64,000 nucleotides of DNA, taken from contig CAWEXP010000008.1 in assembly GCA_963813065.1 (NCBI GenBank), positions 9,289 to 73,288 of the forward strand, written 5' to 3'. This DNA comes from Candidatus Kaiserbacteria bacterium. Lineage in GTDB: Bacteria > Patescibacteriota > Minisyncoccia > Phycocordibacterales > Phycocordibacteraceae. Below, piece by piece: positions 9,366 to 18,944 of this stretch (position 1 is its first letter; each line of letters begins with the position of its first letter). The notes below the pieces were generated by a model. It did not search any database, was not told where the DNA came from, and saw only the letters and a list, made by a program, of their open reading frames with translations. The position numbers and the translations under genes are program-made.

Positions 9366-10199
9366 TTATAAGTTGAGATGATTTCTTAAATCTGTATGCG
9401 ATATTTTAAGACCTTGATCTGTTGCGTAATTCAAACGCACAGCACCGCCAGGCAGTAGTTTCCCATTTTCTTTTAAAAAAGAAACATTTACCACTCGCTT
9501 CCCAAGGTCTTTTACTGCGTCAACAGCGGGAACATAGTCCTGATCACCAGACAGTATTACTGCCACATCATAAATATCCTTTAATTTCACGAGATCCGTG
9601 GCCAATTTTACGTCGACAGCTTTTTCCTTACCTAATCGTTTTTCAAAAAGATCATAGCGAATCGAGCCAGAACGTCGAAATTCAATTGCTGTAAAATCTC
9701 CTGCGATTTTATTTTGTATATAGGTCCAACCATCAAATCTACCCTTCATGTGTACTTGATTCTTCTCTAGTGCAGAAAGCATTCTGTCCATTCGATCTTT
9801 TTGAGCCGCATCATTTTGGCCCTTCGACAAATCTTCTGCCCATGGCGGATAGCTTGTTAGAATCTGCTTTAACAAAATTCGATCTTTACGAGCTGTATTT
9901 AAGTTGTACGGCGCACAATCCAGATTAGAGACTACATACCAATACGTTCTGACGCGATACGCATCTTTACCCGCTACCTCACAGGCAATCCAGTCGAAAA
10001 ATTTAGTCCAGTCTGCGTTTTTGGGTAAATAATCCCACTCATTAAAAATAGGCGTTGGGAACAGCTCAACTATCGAATGCCGAAGATTTTCTCCGTCAAC
10101 AAAAATACAGACTCGTTTACCGTGGTTGTGATCGGTGGGCATGAGCAAAGGCGGCTCGACGGCCGCCTTTGTTATATCACATTCTTTCCCCGAATCCAC
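9366..10199 (-). CDS. NYN/LabA-like domain protein (predicted RNase), 277 aa
   Basis: VCIFVDGENL ... VILSGDQDYVPAV motifs typical of NYN/LabA (PIN-like). AT-rich codon usage unlike its neighbours. Confidence 0.7.
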   Translation of the reverse strand: MDSGKECDITKAAVEPPLLMPTDHNHGKRVCIFVDGENLRHSIVELFPTPIFNEWDYLPKNADWTKFFDWIACEVAGKDAYRVRTYWYVVSNLDCAPYNLNTARKDRILLKQILTSYPPWAEDLSKGQNDAAQKDRMDRMLSALEKNQVHMKGRFDGWTYIQNKIAGDFTAIEFRRSGSIRYDLFEKRLGKEKAVDVKLATDLVKLKDIYDVAVILSGDQDYVPAVDAVKDLGKRVVNVSFLKENGKLLPGGAVRLNYATDQGLKISHTDLRNHLNL

Positions 10200-10322
10200 G
10201 GGGGTTACCCGTATGTTATGCGCGTGTTGTCTTTAAGTCAAGATGAAATTATCAGGATGTGCATATCGTTAAAATATAGAAATATCTAAGGAACAATTTC
10301 CTGTTGTTCTGTGAGACACCTT

Positions 10323-10358
10323 GAACCACCTCAGAATAAAAATATTCTGAGGTGGTTC
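10323..10358. other. perfect 16-bp stem-loop (gaaccacctcagaata-aaaa-tattctgaggtggttc) between comM and the cassette gene
   Basis: Read directly from the sequence. No flanking U-tract on either strand. Confidence 0.6.
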
Positions 10359-10404
10359 GCATCTGAACCGGTTATCAAGTGATGTGGTTCGTCTAAAATC
10401 CCAA

Positions 10405-11970
10405 CTATTCAAATCCAAACAAGCCACGCGGACGATACTGGAGGGCCTCGTGCACGAACGCGGGGACAACCGAGTCGGCGCCCGCGAGGTCGGCGATGGT
10501 ACGCGCGACGCGCATGGTGCGATGGTACGCGCGCGGCGATAGTTTCATCCGTGCGGCGGCTTGCGTCAACGTCTCTTTGCTCGCGGTGGTGAAGCCGCTC
10601 TTCTCGTCGAGTTCGCGGCTCGTGAGGTGCGCGTTTGTTGCACCCTTCTTCCCTGTTCTCTTTTCTGCGCGAGCGCGCGCGGCAAGAACGCGCGCGCGAA
10701 CTTTTTCTGAGGATTCTCCGGTGGCAAGTTTCGAGAGTGTCTCGTGCGGGACAAGCGGTACTTCGATCCAGAGATCAAGGCGGTCAACAATCGGCCGCGA
10801 GATCTTGCGTGCCTGACGCAACGCGGCGCGCACATTCGTGACGGCGTCTTCAGAGAGCGTCTCGGCCGGATTCATCGCCGCGACAATCATGCAATCCGCC
10901 GGGAAGGTGATGGTCGCGCGAGCGCGCGAGACCGTGACGATTCTGTCTTCGAGCGGTTGGCGCAGAGCCTCGAGCGCCCGCGCCTCGAACTCGGGGAATT
11001 CGTCGAGAAATAAAACGCCCTTGTGTGCGAGCGTCACCTCACCCGCCTTGGGGAATGCGCCGCCGCCCACGATGGCGACGTGCGAGACCGAGTGGTGCGG
11101 CGCACGGAAGGGTGGCCAGTACACCGCTTCGCCTTCTTTTAATAATCCCGCAGTCGAGTGTATCGCGGTTACTTCGAGCACTTCGTCGTTGGTGAGGGGT
11201 GGGAGGATGCCGGACAAAGCGCGGGCGAGCATCGTCTTGCCGGTGCCCGGCGGACCATAGAAAACGATATTGTGCCGACCCGCGGCGGCGATTTCGAGTG
11301 CACGCTTAGCGCTCTCCTGCCCCTTCACATCCGCGAGGTCGATGGCGGGCGGAGGCGGCACCGCGACGCGCTCGCGCACGAGCCGCGGTAATCTTTTTTC
11401 ACCTTTCAAATGTTGTAAAAGATCGGCCAAAGTCTCGGGCGCATAGACCGCGACACCCTCGGCGAGCAAGGCTTCGCGCGCGTTGCCTGGCGGGACATAC
11501 ACTGTTTTCACGCCTTTTCTCTTGGCGGCCAAGACCTGTGGCAAGACGCCGCGCGTCGAGCGGAGCGTGCCGTCGAGTGCAAGTTCTCCTGCAAACAATG
11601 CTTCTTCTTCGAGTGCTTTCAAATCGTCAGCCGCGATCAGATACGCGAGCGCGAGCGGCAAGTCATAATGCGAACCTTCTTTCTTCAAGTCCGCGGGCGA
11701 GAGCGAGAGAATTATTTTTTTATTTTGTTGCTTGGGCGGCTTGTAGCCCGAGTGACGAATCGCGGCGCTGACGCGATCGCGCGCTTCCTCGACTGCCTTG
11801 TCGGCGAGCCCGACGACGGAGAACGCATGGAGTCCGCGCGTGAGATCGGCCTCGACCGATACGAGTTCGGCCGCCGCACCGACCGGTTGTGCGGCAAGCG
11901 TCTTCGCGTAGCCGTGTTTCGGTTGCGCGACTTTTTTCTGCGCGGGTTGTGGAGAGTGCGAGCTCGACAC
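10405..11970 (-). CDS. comM: ComM/YifB-family Mg-chelatase-like AAA+ ATPase
   Basis: N-terminal Lon-like domain, Walker [11 protein letters not shown], Walker [11 protein letters not shown]. 521 aa. Confidence 0.85.
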   Translation of the reverse strand: MSSSHSPQPAQKKVAQPKHGYAKTLAAQPVGAAAELVSVEADLTRGLHAFSVVGLADKAVEEARDRVSAAIRHSGYKPPKQQNKKIILSLSPADLKKEGSHYDLPLALAYLIAADDLKALEEEALFAGELALDGTLRSTRGVLPQVLAAKRKGVKTVYVPPGNAREALLAEGVAVYAPETLADLLQHLKGEKRLPRLVRERVAVPPPPAIDLADVKGQESAKRALEIAAAGRHNIVFYGPPGTGKTMLARALSGILPPLTNDEVLEVTAIHSTAGLLKEGEAVYWPPFRAPHHSVSHVAIVGGGAFPKAGEVTLAHKGVLFLDEFPEFEARALEALRQPLEDRIVTVSRARATITFPADCMIVAAMNPAETLSEDAVTNVRAALRQARKISRPIVDRLDLWIEVPLVPHETLSKLATGESSEKVRARVLAARARAEKRTGKKGATNAHLTSRELDEKSGFTTASKETLTQAAARMKLSPRAYHRTMRVARTIADLAGADSVVPAFVHEALQYRPRGLFGFE

Positions 11971-11993
11971 TCATCTAGTATACAAATAAAAAA

Positions 11994-12356
11994 CTATTTC
12001 AAATGCTTTTTGCAGGTGGTCGCGGCGGGGTCCGCGTCGAGGCGATCGGCTTCTATCTTTTCTCCCGAGACGATGCACGTGCCATAGGTTCCCTTCTCGA
12101 TGCGCTCGAGTGCCGAGAGTACCACGTCGTACCGTGCTTCGAGATCGCGCAAGATACCCTCATTATTTTCAAAACTGGCGATGACATCCGCCTGATCGAT
12201 TTCGTCAGCTTCTGCGCCGCGCGTGCTCCCCATCGGCTCATAATCACCCGGCACGTTCGGATTCTTCCGCCCGACGCTCTGCATTTCTTCCTCCAATTTC
12301 TGCTTCTCTTCTTCGAGCTTTTCCTGGTAGTGGGCAGTGTTCATGCGGAACATCAT
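11994..12356 (-). CDS. DksA/TraR-family zinc-finger protein
   Basis: C-terminal C4-type motif (GTYGTCIVSGEKI...ATTCKKH) after a coiled-coil N-terminal region. Likely start is MNTAHYQ. Confidence 0.5.
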   Translation of the reverse strand: MMFRMNTAHYQEKLEEEKQKLEEEMQSVGRKNPNVPGDYEPMGSTRGAEADEIDQADVIASFENNEGILRDLEARYDVVLSALERIEKGTYGTCIVSGEKIEADRLDADPAATTCKKHLK

Positions 12357-12364
12357 ACCAGAAA

Positions 12365-13561
12365 CTATTTCTGCGAGCGCGAGGTCGCGAGGCGCGTCAA
12401 GAGCTCGGTGAGTGCGGCCTCGTTACGTGCGATGACGAGCGTCTGCTGGTCCCAGTAGCTATAGATGACGATACTGCGGCCCTGCGGATCGCGATAGACG
12501 CGTGCATCATGATTCCCGACGACCTCATCGCGGAATCCGGCCACGGCCGTCGAGGTCGCCACAGGGTACGGTGCGAAAAAGGCAGTTAGATCGTGGGGCA
12601 TAGTTGGCTCCCAGGCAAGCATCCCGGCGAAAGTCTCGCTGTAGGAAGTAACCGAGAGGATGAAGAAGGGCGAGGCGGTACCGCTCACGTTCACGATGCC
12701 CGCCATGCTCCCCGAGGCATTGATATTGCGCAAGAGGACGCCTGGCGCAGGCTCTTGGAGCGCAGAGAAGACGCTGTTGTCGGTCGAGGTCGCATTCGCG
12801 GTGTAGAGGAAACGCACTGCGCCCGTGGCGAGCGAGCGCCCCAGTGATTGTTCGATGGCTTGGGTGAGGATCGCACCCGTGCCACTCACTTCCTGCCGCT
12901 CGTCGACGAAAATCGGTGCGGTGATGACCGGCGCGAGGATGAGCGGCGCAGATGGCGCAACATAATGCGCATAAACGTAATAGACGCCGCCGAGCCCGGC
13001 GACGAGGAGCACAACGCCGCCGATACTGTAGAGAATGCCCGAGAGCCGGTGTGTGGGAGCAGAGACGGGCTTCGGGGCGCCTTGGGCGGCATCCTGCTCG
13101 GCGGCGATGATGGTCGCGGTCGAGGCACCGGTCTCCTTCACCCGCTCCGAGAAATCGCCGGAGTAGGTCTCGAGCGGCGAGTTCGCCGGAGTCGGTGGTT
13201 CGACCGCAATTGGTGCGGGCTTGGGTACAGAAATAGGTTCCGACTCTGACATGGGTGCCGGCATCGCGGGGAGGATCGGCGCGGGCTTGGGCGCCGGTTC
13301 TGACGCCACCGTCTCCGATTGCCCCACGCTCGCCGCCGCGAGCACTGAGTCGAGCGAGGGGAATCCGCCGTTGTTAGGCGCGGGGATAGATTTGGGTACG
13401 GAAATAGAAGAAGAAATCGCCGACGCCTCTGCGGACGTGGATTCTTTTTCCTTCAAGAGCGCGAGATCGGGTTTCGTACCGGCTTTGACCGCGGCGATAT
13501 CGCTCTCGAGCGTGCGAATATATTTCTTCGACGGTTCAGATCCTATCAGAACATCGTCCAT
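12365..13561 (-). CDS. hypothetical bitopic membrane protein with Pro/Ala-rich N-terminal region
   Basis: Single TM helix (ILYSIGGVVLLVAGLGGVYYV) and a long open frame. No family recognised. Confidence 0.45.
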   Translation of the reverse strand: MDDVLIGSEPSKKYIRTLESDIAAVKAGTKPDLALLKEKESTSAEASAISSSISVPKSIPAPNNGGFPSLDSVLAAASVGQSETVASEPAPKPAPILPAMPAPMSESEPISVPKPAPIAVEPPTPANSPLETYSGDFSERVKETGASTATIIAAEQDAAQGAPKPVSAPTHRLSGILYSIGGVVLLVAGLGGVYYVYAHYVAPSAPLILAPVITAPIFVDERQEVSGTGAILTQAIEQSLGRSLATGAVRFLYTANATSTDNSVFSALQEPAPGVLLRNINASGSMAGIVNVSGTASPFFILSVTSYSETFAGMLAWEPTMPHDLTAFFAPYPVATSTAVAGFRDEVVGNHDARVYRDPQGRSIVIYSYWDQQTLVIARNEAALTELLTRLATSRSQK

Positions 13562-13622
13562 GGTCTCTATAGTAGCGCACTCAAGCGCGCGATGACGCGG
13601 TTATCCGCCGCACGAGGGCTCG

Positions 13623-14138
13623 CTAGGAGCGACTCGTGATCGTGAACTTCTTTGGGTCCTCGCACATATCGGTGAAGGCGTGCACGACTTCTTTGAGTTT
13701 CGACGAGGTCGACTTGCCGAAGGAGATCGCTTCGACCTGGCATCCCATATTCATGTCGAGATACTCGACGAGCGGAGCGAAGTCGCCATCGCCCGAGGCG
13801 ATGATAATCGTGTCGAGTTTGGGGGCCATTTTCACTGCATCGATGGCGAGCCCTACGTCCCAGTCGGCCTTCTTAGCGCCGTCGGCGAAGATTTGCAGAT
13901 CTTTCACCTTGGTCTCGATGCCAATCTTGGTGAGCGCGTCGAAGAAAGCGCTCTCTTCCCCACTCTCGGTGGAGATAACGTAGGCAATAGCGCGCACGAG
14001 GATGCGGCCGCCGACGGCTTCTTCGAGCACTTTGGCGAAGTTAACGCGCGCTTTGTAGAGATGTTTCGCGCTGTGATAGAGATTTTGCGTATCGATGAAG
14101 ACGCCTACGCGTTGCGCCGGATGTTTGATGACTGCCAT
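13623..14138 (-). CDS. NYN/LabA-like domain protein (171 aa)
   Basis: VGVFIDTQNLYHSAKHL ... IIASGDGDFAPLVEYL motifs. Confidence 0.7.
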   Translation of the reverse strand: MAVIKHPAQRVGVFIDTQNLYHSAKHLYKARVNFAKVLEEAVGGRILVRAIAYVISTESGEESAFFDALTKIGIETKVKDLQIFADGAKKADWDVGLAIDAVKMAPKLDTIIIASGDGDFAPLVEYLDMNMGCQVEAISFGKSTSSKLKEVVHAFTDMCEDPKKFTITSRS

Positions 14139-14202
14139 AAAATAGAATTAGAAAAACGAAATATTAAAAATACATACACACTATACCACCCCGAGCGGGG
14201 AC

Positions 14203-14469
14203 CTATTTCTTCAACCCAAGCTTCTTGACGACCGCGTTGTAGCGGCGCTTGTCGTTCTCCTCGAGATAGCGGAGGTGGGTGCGGCGATCGGCAACCATCT
14301 GCAAGAGGCCGCGGCGGGAGTGGAAATCCTTGGGGTTCTTCTTGAGGTGCTTCGCGAGATCGTCGATCTGGCGCGAGAGGAGCGCAACCTGCACGTCCGG
14401 CGAGCCGGTGTCAGTGTCATGGCGCGCGATTCCCTTGATGAGAGTCGCCTTTTTCTTGGTGGTAAGCAT
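14203..14469 (-). CDS. rpsO: 30S ribosomal protein S15
   Basis: S15 signature GSPDVQVALLSRQIDDLAKHLKKNPKDFHSRRGLLQMVADRRTHLRYL. Confidence 0.9.
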   Translation of the reverse strand: MLTTKKKATLIKGIARHDTDTGSPDVQVALLSRQIDDLAKHLKKNPKDFHSRRGLLQMVADRRTHLRYLEENDKRRYNAVVKKLGLKK

Positions 14470-14532
14470 GTCCCGCTATCCTACCACGCCTTGATTATCT
14501 GCGCAAGTCCTGCCTAGTATCGAATTCTAATA

Positions 14533-15459
14533 ATGTGCGAAGCTTGGTGGTATCCTAAGCAGATGAACGCCGAAGCGGCCAAGCGACAATTTTTGGAATA
14601 TATCGAGATTGAGCGCGGACGCGCGGTGAAGACGATTGAGAACTATGACCACTACCTGACACGATTTTTCCTGCACGCGAATATCAAGAATACGGGCGAC
14701 ATTACCGAAGAGAAAATTCGTGAGTTTCGTTTGTGGTTAAACCGGCAGGAGGGCGTCGAGGGCTCGATGAAGCGCCGCACGCAGAATTATTATCTCATCG
14801 CCCTGCGCGCATTCCTTAAGTTCTTGCGTAAGCGCGACATCGCGGGCATCTCGCCCGAGCGCATCGAGCTCGCCAAGCTCCCCGAGCGCTCACTCGACCT
14901 CATCACGAGCGCCGAACTCGGCCGTCTGCTCGCGGCGACCGACGGCGCCGACGAGAAATCGCTCCGCGACAAAGCAATTCTCGAATTATTTTTCTCCACG
15001 GGCCTGCGCGTCTCCGAGCTCTGCTCGCTCGATTCCGACCTCGACCTTTCGCGCGACGAATTCTCGGTCCGCGGCAAGGGCGAGAAAGTGCGCGTCGTCT
15101 TCCTCTCCCCTTCTGCCAAGGAGGCGGTGCGGCATTATTTGAAAGCGCGCAAGGATATGGGCGAGGCGCTCTTCGTCAATGTCGCCAAGAGCCGTGCGCG
15201 TGGCGAGCGACTCACGCCGCGCGCCATCGAGATGATGATAAAAACGTACGCCGCGAAGGCGGGCATCACCAAGAAAGTGACGCCGCACGTCCTGCGCCAT
15301 TCGTTTGCAACTGACCTCCTGCAAAACGGCGCCGACATCCGCTCGGTCCAGCAACTCCTCGGCCACGCCTCCATCAACACGACGCAAATCTACACGCACC
15401 TCACCGACACGCACCTGCGCGATGTCCATAAAAAGTTCCATTCTCGCGGCAGGAATTAA
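14533..15459 (+). CDS. xerC: tyrosine site-specific recombinase XerC/XerD family
   Basis: C-terminal catalytic motifs RHSFATDLLQNGADIRSVQQLLGHASINTTQIYTHL. Whether this is XerC or XerD is not resolved. Confidence 0.85.
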   Translation: MCEAWWYPKQMNAEAAKRQFLEYIEIERGRAVKTIENYDHYLTRFFLHANIKNTGDITEEKIREFRLWLNRQEGVEGSMKRRTQNYYLIALRAFLKFLRKRDIAGISPERIELAKLPERSLDLITSAELGRLLAATDGADEKSLRDKAILELFFSTGLRVSELCSLDSDLDLSRDEFSVRGKGEKVRVVFLSPSAKEAVRHYLKARKDMGEALFVNVAKSRARGERLTPRAIEMMIKTYAAKAGITKKVTPHVLRHSFATDLLQNGADIRSVQQLLGHASINTTQIYTHLTDTHLRDVHKKFHSRGRN

Positions 15460-15484
15460 AAACCGCCGGCGTAATCGCCGGCGG
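15456..15484 (-). terminator. Rho-independent terminator for the minus-strand NYN gene
   Basis: ccgccggcg-taat-cgccggcgg stem with a U-tract on the minus strand. Confidence 0.55.
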
Positions 15485-15485
15485 A

Positions 15486-15983
15486 CTAAGGTGGTTGTAC
15501 GAGTTCTCGGAAGAGGAGCCTCTGGTTCGCCGCTTGGGCGAGCCGACGGCTCATATTTGGTCCCGACACTATCACGAAATGTCCTTGTGTCCGCAGATAT
15601 TCGACGATTGGGATAAAATCCTTGTCGCCCGTGAGAATGAGCACGGTGTGTGGCAAGATGCGCCACGCATGCTCATTTTCGATGTCCCGGATGAGCGCCG
15701 GGTCCGCCTCGGTCTCTACCCACCGCATCGAACAGCCCGCGTCGAAGAGGACTCCGTTGATACGTTGGCGACGGTGCTTCCCTATCGGCTCCTTGCGACG
15801 TCCCTTGGCAGAGGCAACCGCTCGATACTGCTCGACCCGGAATCCGTGCCGTTTCAGCGCACGAGGCACCGAAGTGAAGATGCGCGCGAGGCGCCTGATG
15901 ACGACGTCAGTGTCCGAATGGTTCGTGCCGATATTTTCGAGGTCGGCGAATACGGCAATCGGCTGGAGCGGCGTGCGTGCCAC
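15486..15983 (-). CDS. NYN/LabA-like domain protein (165 aa)
   Basis: IAVFADLENI ... ILTGDKDFIPIVEYL motifs. Confidence 0.65.
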   Translation of the reverse strand: MARTPLQPIAVFADLENIGTNHSDTDVVIRRLARIFTSVPRALKRHGFRVEQYRAVASAKGRRKEPIGKHRRQRINGVLFDAGCSMRWVETEADPALIRDIENEHAWRILPHTVLILTGDKDFIPIVEYLRTQGHFVIVSGPNMSRRLAQAANQRLLFRELVQPP

Positions 15984-16056
15984 GTTTTTTCTCCTTCTTC
16001 TCGTGAGTTAGTCCGTCGTGGATTAAAGCAGAAACCAAGCAACGAAGCAATGCGTA

Positions 16057-16086
16057 GGAAAAACCGCCGGCGAGTACGCCGGCGGT
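16057..16086 (-). terminator. Rho-independent terminator
   Basis: accgccggcg-agta-cgccggcggt stem with a U-tract on the minus strand. Near-identical to the hairpin at 15456..15484. Confidence 0.55.
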
Positions 16087-16093
16087 TCTGCAG

Positions 16094-16525
16094 TTACGAA
16101 TTGAGATGCTTTTTAAACCACGCGATTTGCTCGCCGCGCCGCAGGTGGGCGAGCGGAGCTGATATTTCCCTGCCATTCAGCATTCCCTCGAGCGGATCGC
16201 GGTATTCCTTACTGCAATAGAAATCGATACTAGCATCCTCAGGAATATTTTTCCGAATCTGCGATGCCACCTTCAGCGCCCATCGCCTCTGCCCGCGCTC
16301 GGTCAGCGTGTCGAGTGCCAGATTATACGATTCTATCGTTTGATCCAAGTTGAGCAGGCCGTGTTTCGCTGAAATAGCGTAGACTCGATCGTATTCTTTC
16401 AGCGCGAATGCGAGATTGAGTTTGAATCGGTTGGAACAGTAGAGGTAACGGACCTTGCGTCGCCCATCCCGCTTCTGCTTCGAGCAACCAATAATGGCAA
16501 CACGCAGAGGCTTCTTGTTTTCCAC
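16094..16525 (-). CDS. hypothetical small protein with N-terminal IGCSKQK motif
   Basis: 143 aa open frame with its own terminator. Adjacent to a NYN gene. Family not recognised with confidence. Confidence 0.5.
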   Translation of the reverse strand: MENKKPLRVAIIGCSKQKRDGRRKVRYLYCSNRFKLNLAFALKEYDRVYAISAKHGLLNLDQTIESYNLALDTLTERGQRRWALKVASQIRKNIPEDASIDFYCSKEYRDPLEGMLNGREISAPLAHLRRGEQIAWFKKHLNS

Positions 16526-16572
16526 GATGAACCCTCCTTTAAGCTTTCTGCCGCTACCCTACACGACAAGGG

Positions 16573-16599
16573 TTGCAGGGGCAAGCAGTACCGTATAAT
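16573..16599 (+). promoter_or_regulatory. sigma70-like promoter (TTGCAG-15 nt-TATAAT) giving a leaderless xthA mRNA
   Basis: Perfect TATAAT at 16594..16599, six nt before ATG 16606. Confidence 0.5.
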
Positions 16600-16605
16600 G
16601 CACCC

Positions 16606-17403
16606 ATGCGCATCGTCTCGTGGAATGTGAATGGCATACGTGCCGTACACAAGAAAGGTTTGTTTGTGCCGTTTATAAAAGAATTAAAACCAGACGTTCT
16701 CTGCCTGCAAGAGACCAAAGCCGAGGAGCACGAATCGCCCGTTGACCTGCCGGACTACGAAGAGTTTTTGAATTCGGCCAAGAAAAAAGGCTACAGCGGC
16801 ACCGCCATTTTCACCAAACACACGCCACTAAATGTCCTGTTCGGCTTGCCCGAGGACTTGGTAAAGAAATATACGCTCGCTGGCGATGACTATGGCGACC
16901 CGAACGAGGAAGGTCGTGTCGTCGCGGCCGATCTCGGCGATTTCTATGTCGTCTCGGTCTATACGCCTAACGCGAAGGGCGACCTCTCCCGCCTGCCCTT
17001 GCGCCATACGCAGTGGGACCCGGCTTTTCTCGAATACATGAAACGACTCGAGGAGGAAAAACCGGTGATTTTCTGCGGCGATTTGAACGTCGCCCACTCC
17101 CCTATCGATCTTGCTCAGCCCAAGCAAAATGAGGGCGGACACGGATATACCAAGGAGGAACGGAGCGGCATCGACAAGATTATTGCGGCTGGATTCGTCG
17201 ACACCTTCCGCCATTTACACGAAAAAGAAACCGAGAAATATACGTGGTGGAGCAATTGGTCTCATGCGCGCGAACGCAATGTCGGCTGGCGCATCGATTA
17301 CATTTTCGTCAGCAAATCTCTCGCGCATCTGGTCAAAAAAGCCGAAATCCATCCGGCAATCATGGGCTCTGACCACTGCCCTGTTTCCATCACCATCGGA
17401 TAA
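16606..17403 (+). CDS. xthA: exodeoxyribonuclease III
   Basis: MRIVSWNVNGIRAV, CLQETK, and the ExoIII/AP endonuclease family fold throughout. Confidence 0.9.
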   Translation: MRIVSWNVNGIRAVHKKGLFVPFIKELKPDVLCLQETKAEEHESPVDLPDYEEFLNSAKKKGYSGTAIFTKHTPLNVLFGLPEDLVKKYTLAGDDYGDPNEEGRVVAADLGDFYVVSVYTPNAKGDLSRLPLRHTQWDPAFLEYMKRLEEEKPVIFCGDLNVAHSPIDLAQPKQNEGGHGYTKEERSGIDKIIAAGFVDTFRHLHEKETEKYTWWSNWSHARERNVGWRIDYIFVSKSLAHLVKKAEIHPAIMGSDHCPVSITIG

Positions 17404-17460
17404 AAAGAAACCGCGATTTTCGTCGGAACGAAAATCGCGGATGCAGTCCCATCATCTCTC

Positions 17461-17562
17461 TCACCTCAAATAAGGCAAGAGCATGATGCCGACTACAAGC
17501 AAAAGTCCTGCGGCAAGTAGGCAGATGACGCTCTTGAGAGCAATATCAATGCCGTCATTCAT
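17461..17562 (-). CDS. candidate 33-aa hydrophobic micropeptide
   Basis: Own translation: MNDGIDIALKSVICLLAAGLLLVVGIMLLPYLR. GGAGG sits 5 nt upstream of the ATG. Below the ORF-track size cutoff. Confidence 0.3.
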   Translation of the reverse strand: MNDGIDIALKSVICLLAAGLLLVVGIMLLPYLR

Positions 17563-17644
17563 AAAGACCTCCATCTCAATCAGCCAAGAATAATTTCCGG
17601 GCTGAACAGAGCGGAGAAGCCTAAGCTTCTCCTAGGGCACGTGG

Positions 17645-17965
17645 TCATTTCCTCCATTTTTTGACCTCGTCCATGTTACGTCTATTGAACTCGACCACCT
17701 CCGGACACCCATATACTTCAATATGGATGCTCAAAGCATGCTCGGTCATAGGTTCCGGCGGCCCATCGACTTGCTCTCGTACGCGCACAATGTGACTTTG
17801 CGCTGCGTCGATGGCGTCTTGTAGCGCCTCGTTGAGAGTGTCTCGTTCAGGTCCGGCCTCGTAGCAACTTTCGGAATCGCACTCTTCCCAAAGGCCGTTA
17901 CGAGTCACAAAGCCTTTAAATTGAAGTGCCATGCGTTTGCCCTCCTCAGGCGGTTTCGGTTGCAA
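17645..17965 (-). CDS. hypothetical protein (106 aa)
   Basis: Open frame in a clean intergenic context. No family recognised. Confidence 0.4.
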   Translation of the reverse strand: MQPKPPEEGKRMALQFKGFVTRNGLWEECDSESCYEAGPERDTLNEALQDAIDAAQSHIVRVREQVDGPPEPMTEHALSIHIEVYGCPEVVEFNRRNMDEVKKWRK

Positions 17966-18112
17966 AGATCATCTCGATGAGGATTCCATTCGCTTACGCG
18001 GATCGTTTCCTCAATGGAGGGGAGAAGTTGCTAACTTCCCCCAAGTGCGCGCCCTATGTTTATCCTGCCCAGCGCGGCAGTCTGATTTTTGGTTCTGTTG
18101 CCAAGCGGGTGT

Positions 18113-18850
18113 TCATCCCGCTCCGTTATCTCCAAGAGCTTCGTGTAGTTCCCGAGCTATGTGAGGCCAAGCTTCTTCCACGATTCCCGTGAGTAGTCCG
18201 ACACGTTCTAAGTCGTGTACCATTGTTTCAACAGGAATGCTGAAGTGAAGACGTCCTGACTTAGCGTAGTACCGAGGATGCGCTTCTGGGTCATGGCGAT
18301 CTAGGATGTTCCATCCCTTAGTGGGACGATAACAATCTAAGATTTCCACCGTGCATTGCGGGAACAGTTCCCCTAGCCATGCACGAAGACTCTCGCATCC
18401 CAATTCGGGATTACCGCGGAAGGGCTCATGATCTCCAAAGTGGGAAGTCCAGAGAGAAACGACCTTAGGCTCGCCGATCTTGTCGGCAACCATCCGAGCC
18501 ATTTTTTGAAAGATGGCCTTCGTTTCTTCCAGCCCGATATCATGGGTCGACTTTTCTCCAAAGAGAGAGGCCGAAATCCCCCGAGCAATCAACTGATCTA
18601 GTCCACCGAAACGAAACTGCTTGGCGGATAGAAACAGATCATTCTCGCAAGTGAGGTCGGGGAGCCAATAGGAAGCATCCACTGCCTCCGCTTCCATCTT
18701 GTCGCGATCATTGAAGATGTCTTGAGATCCACGAGGATAGGATTTCTCCTTTACCTCGTACCCAGCCATCTTCAATGTCTCGAGGATGCGCGGGACATAC
18801 GCCTCGAATACGTCATTGGAGCGATACGTGACGAGTACGGTTTTAGTCAT
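18113..18850 (-). CDS. hypothetical protein (245 aa)
   Basis: Long open frame, lower GC than its neighbours. No family recognised. Confidence 0.45.
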   Translation of the reverse strand: MTKTVLVTYRSNDVFEAYVPRILETLKMAGYEVKEKSYPRGSQDIFNDRDKMEAEAVDASYWLPDLTCENDLFLSAKQFRFGGLDQLIARGISASLFGEKSTHDIGLEETKAIFQKMARMVADKIGEPKVVSLWTSHFGDHEPFRGNPELGCESLRAWLGELFPQCTVEILDCYRPTKGWNILDRHDPEAHPRYYAKSGRLHFSIPVETMVHDLERVGLLTGIVEEAWPHIARELHEALGDNGAG

Positions 18851-18944
18851 ATGGTTGCCCTCCTGAGGCAGGCGCCGAAGCGCGATGGGATGAACTTGAT
18901 TTCTGCGACTAGTGTATCGGAATGTAGTATAAAGTCAAGAGGTA

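Larger units (their letters stand above)
9353..10405. mobile_element. low-GC single-gene cassette (NYN nuclease) inserted at the 3' end of comM; no integrase inside
   Basis: Sharp GC drop relative to its flanks. Bounded by the DR-L/DR-R 20-mers. Confidence 0.5.

Noticed and set aside
15495-16220. 241-aa plus-strand ORF
   Set aside because: Antisense to the NYN gene and the CSKQK-motif gene, both of which have their own terminators on the opposite strand.
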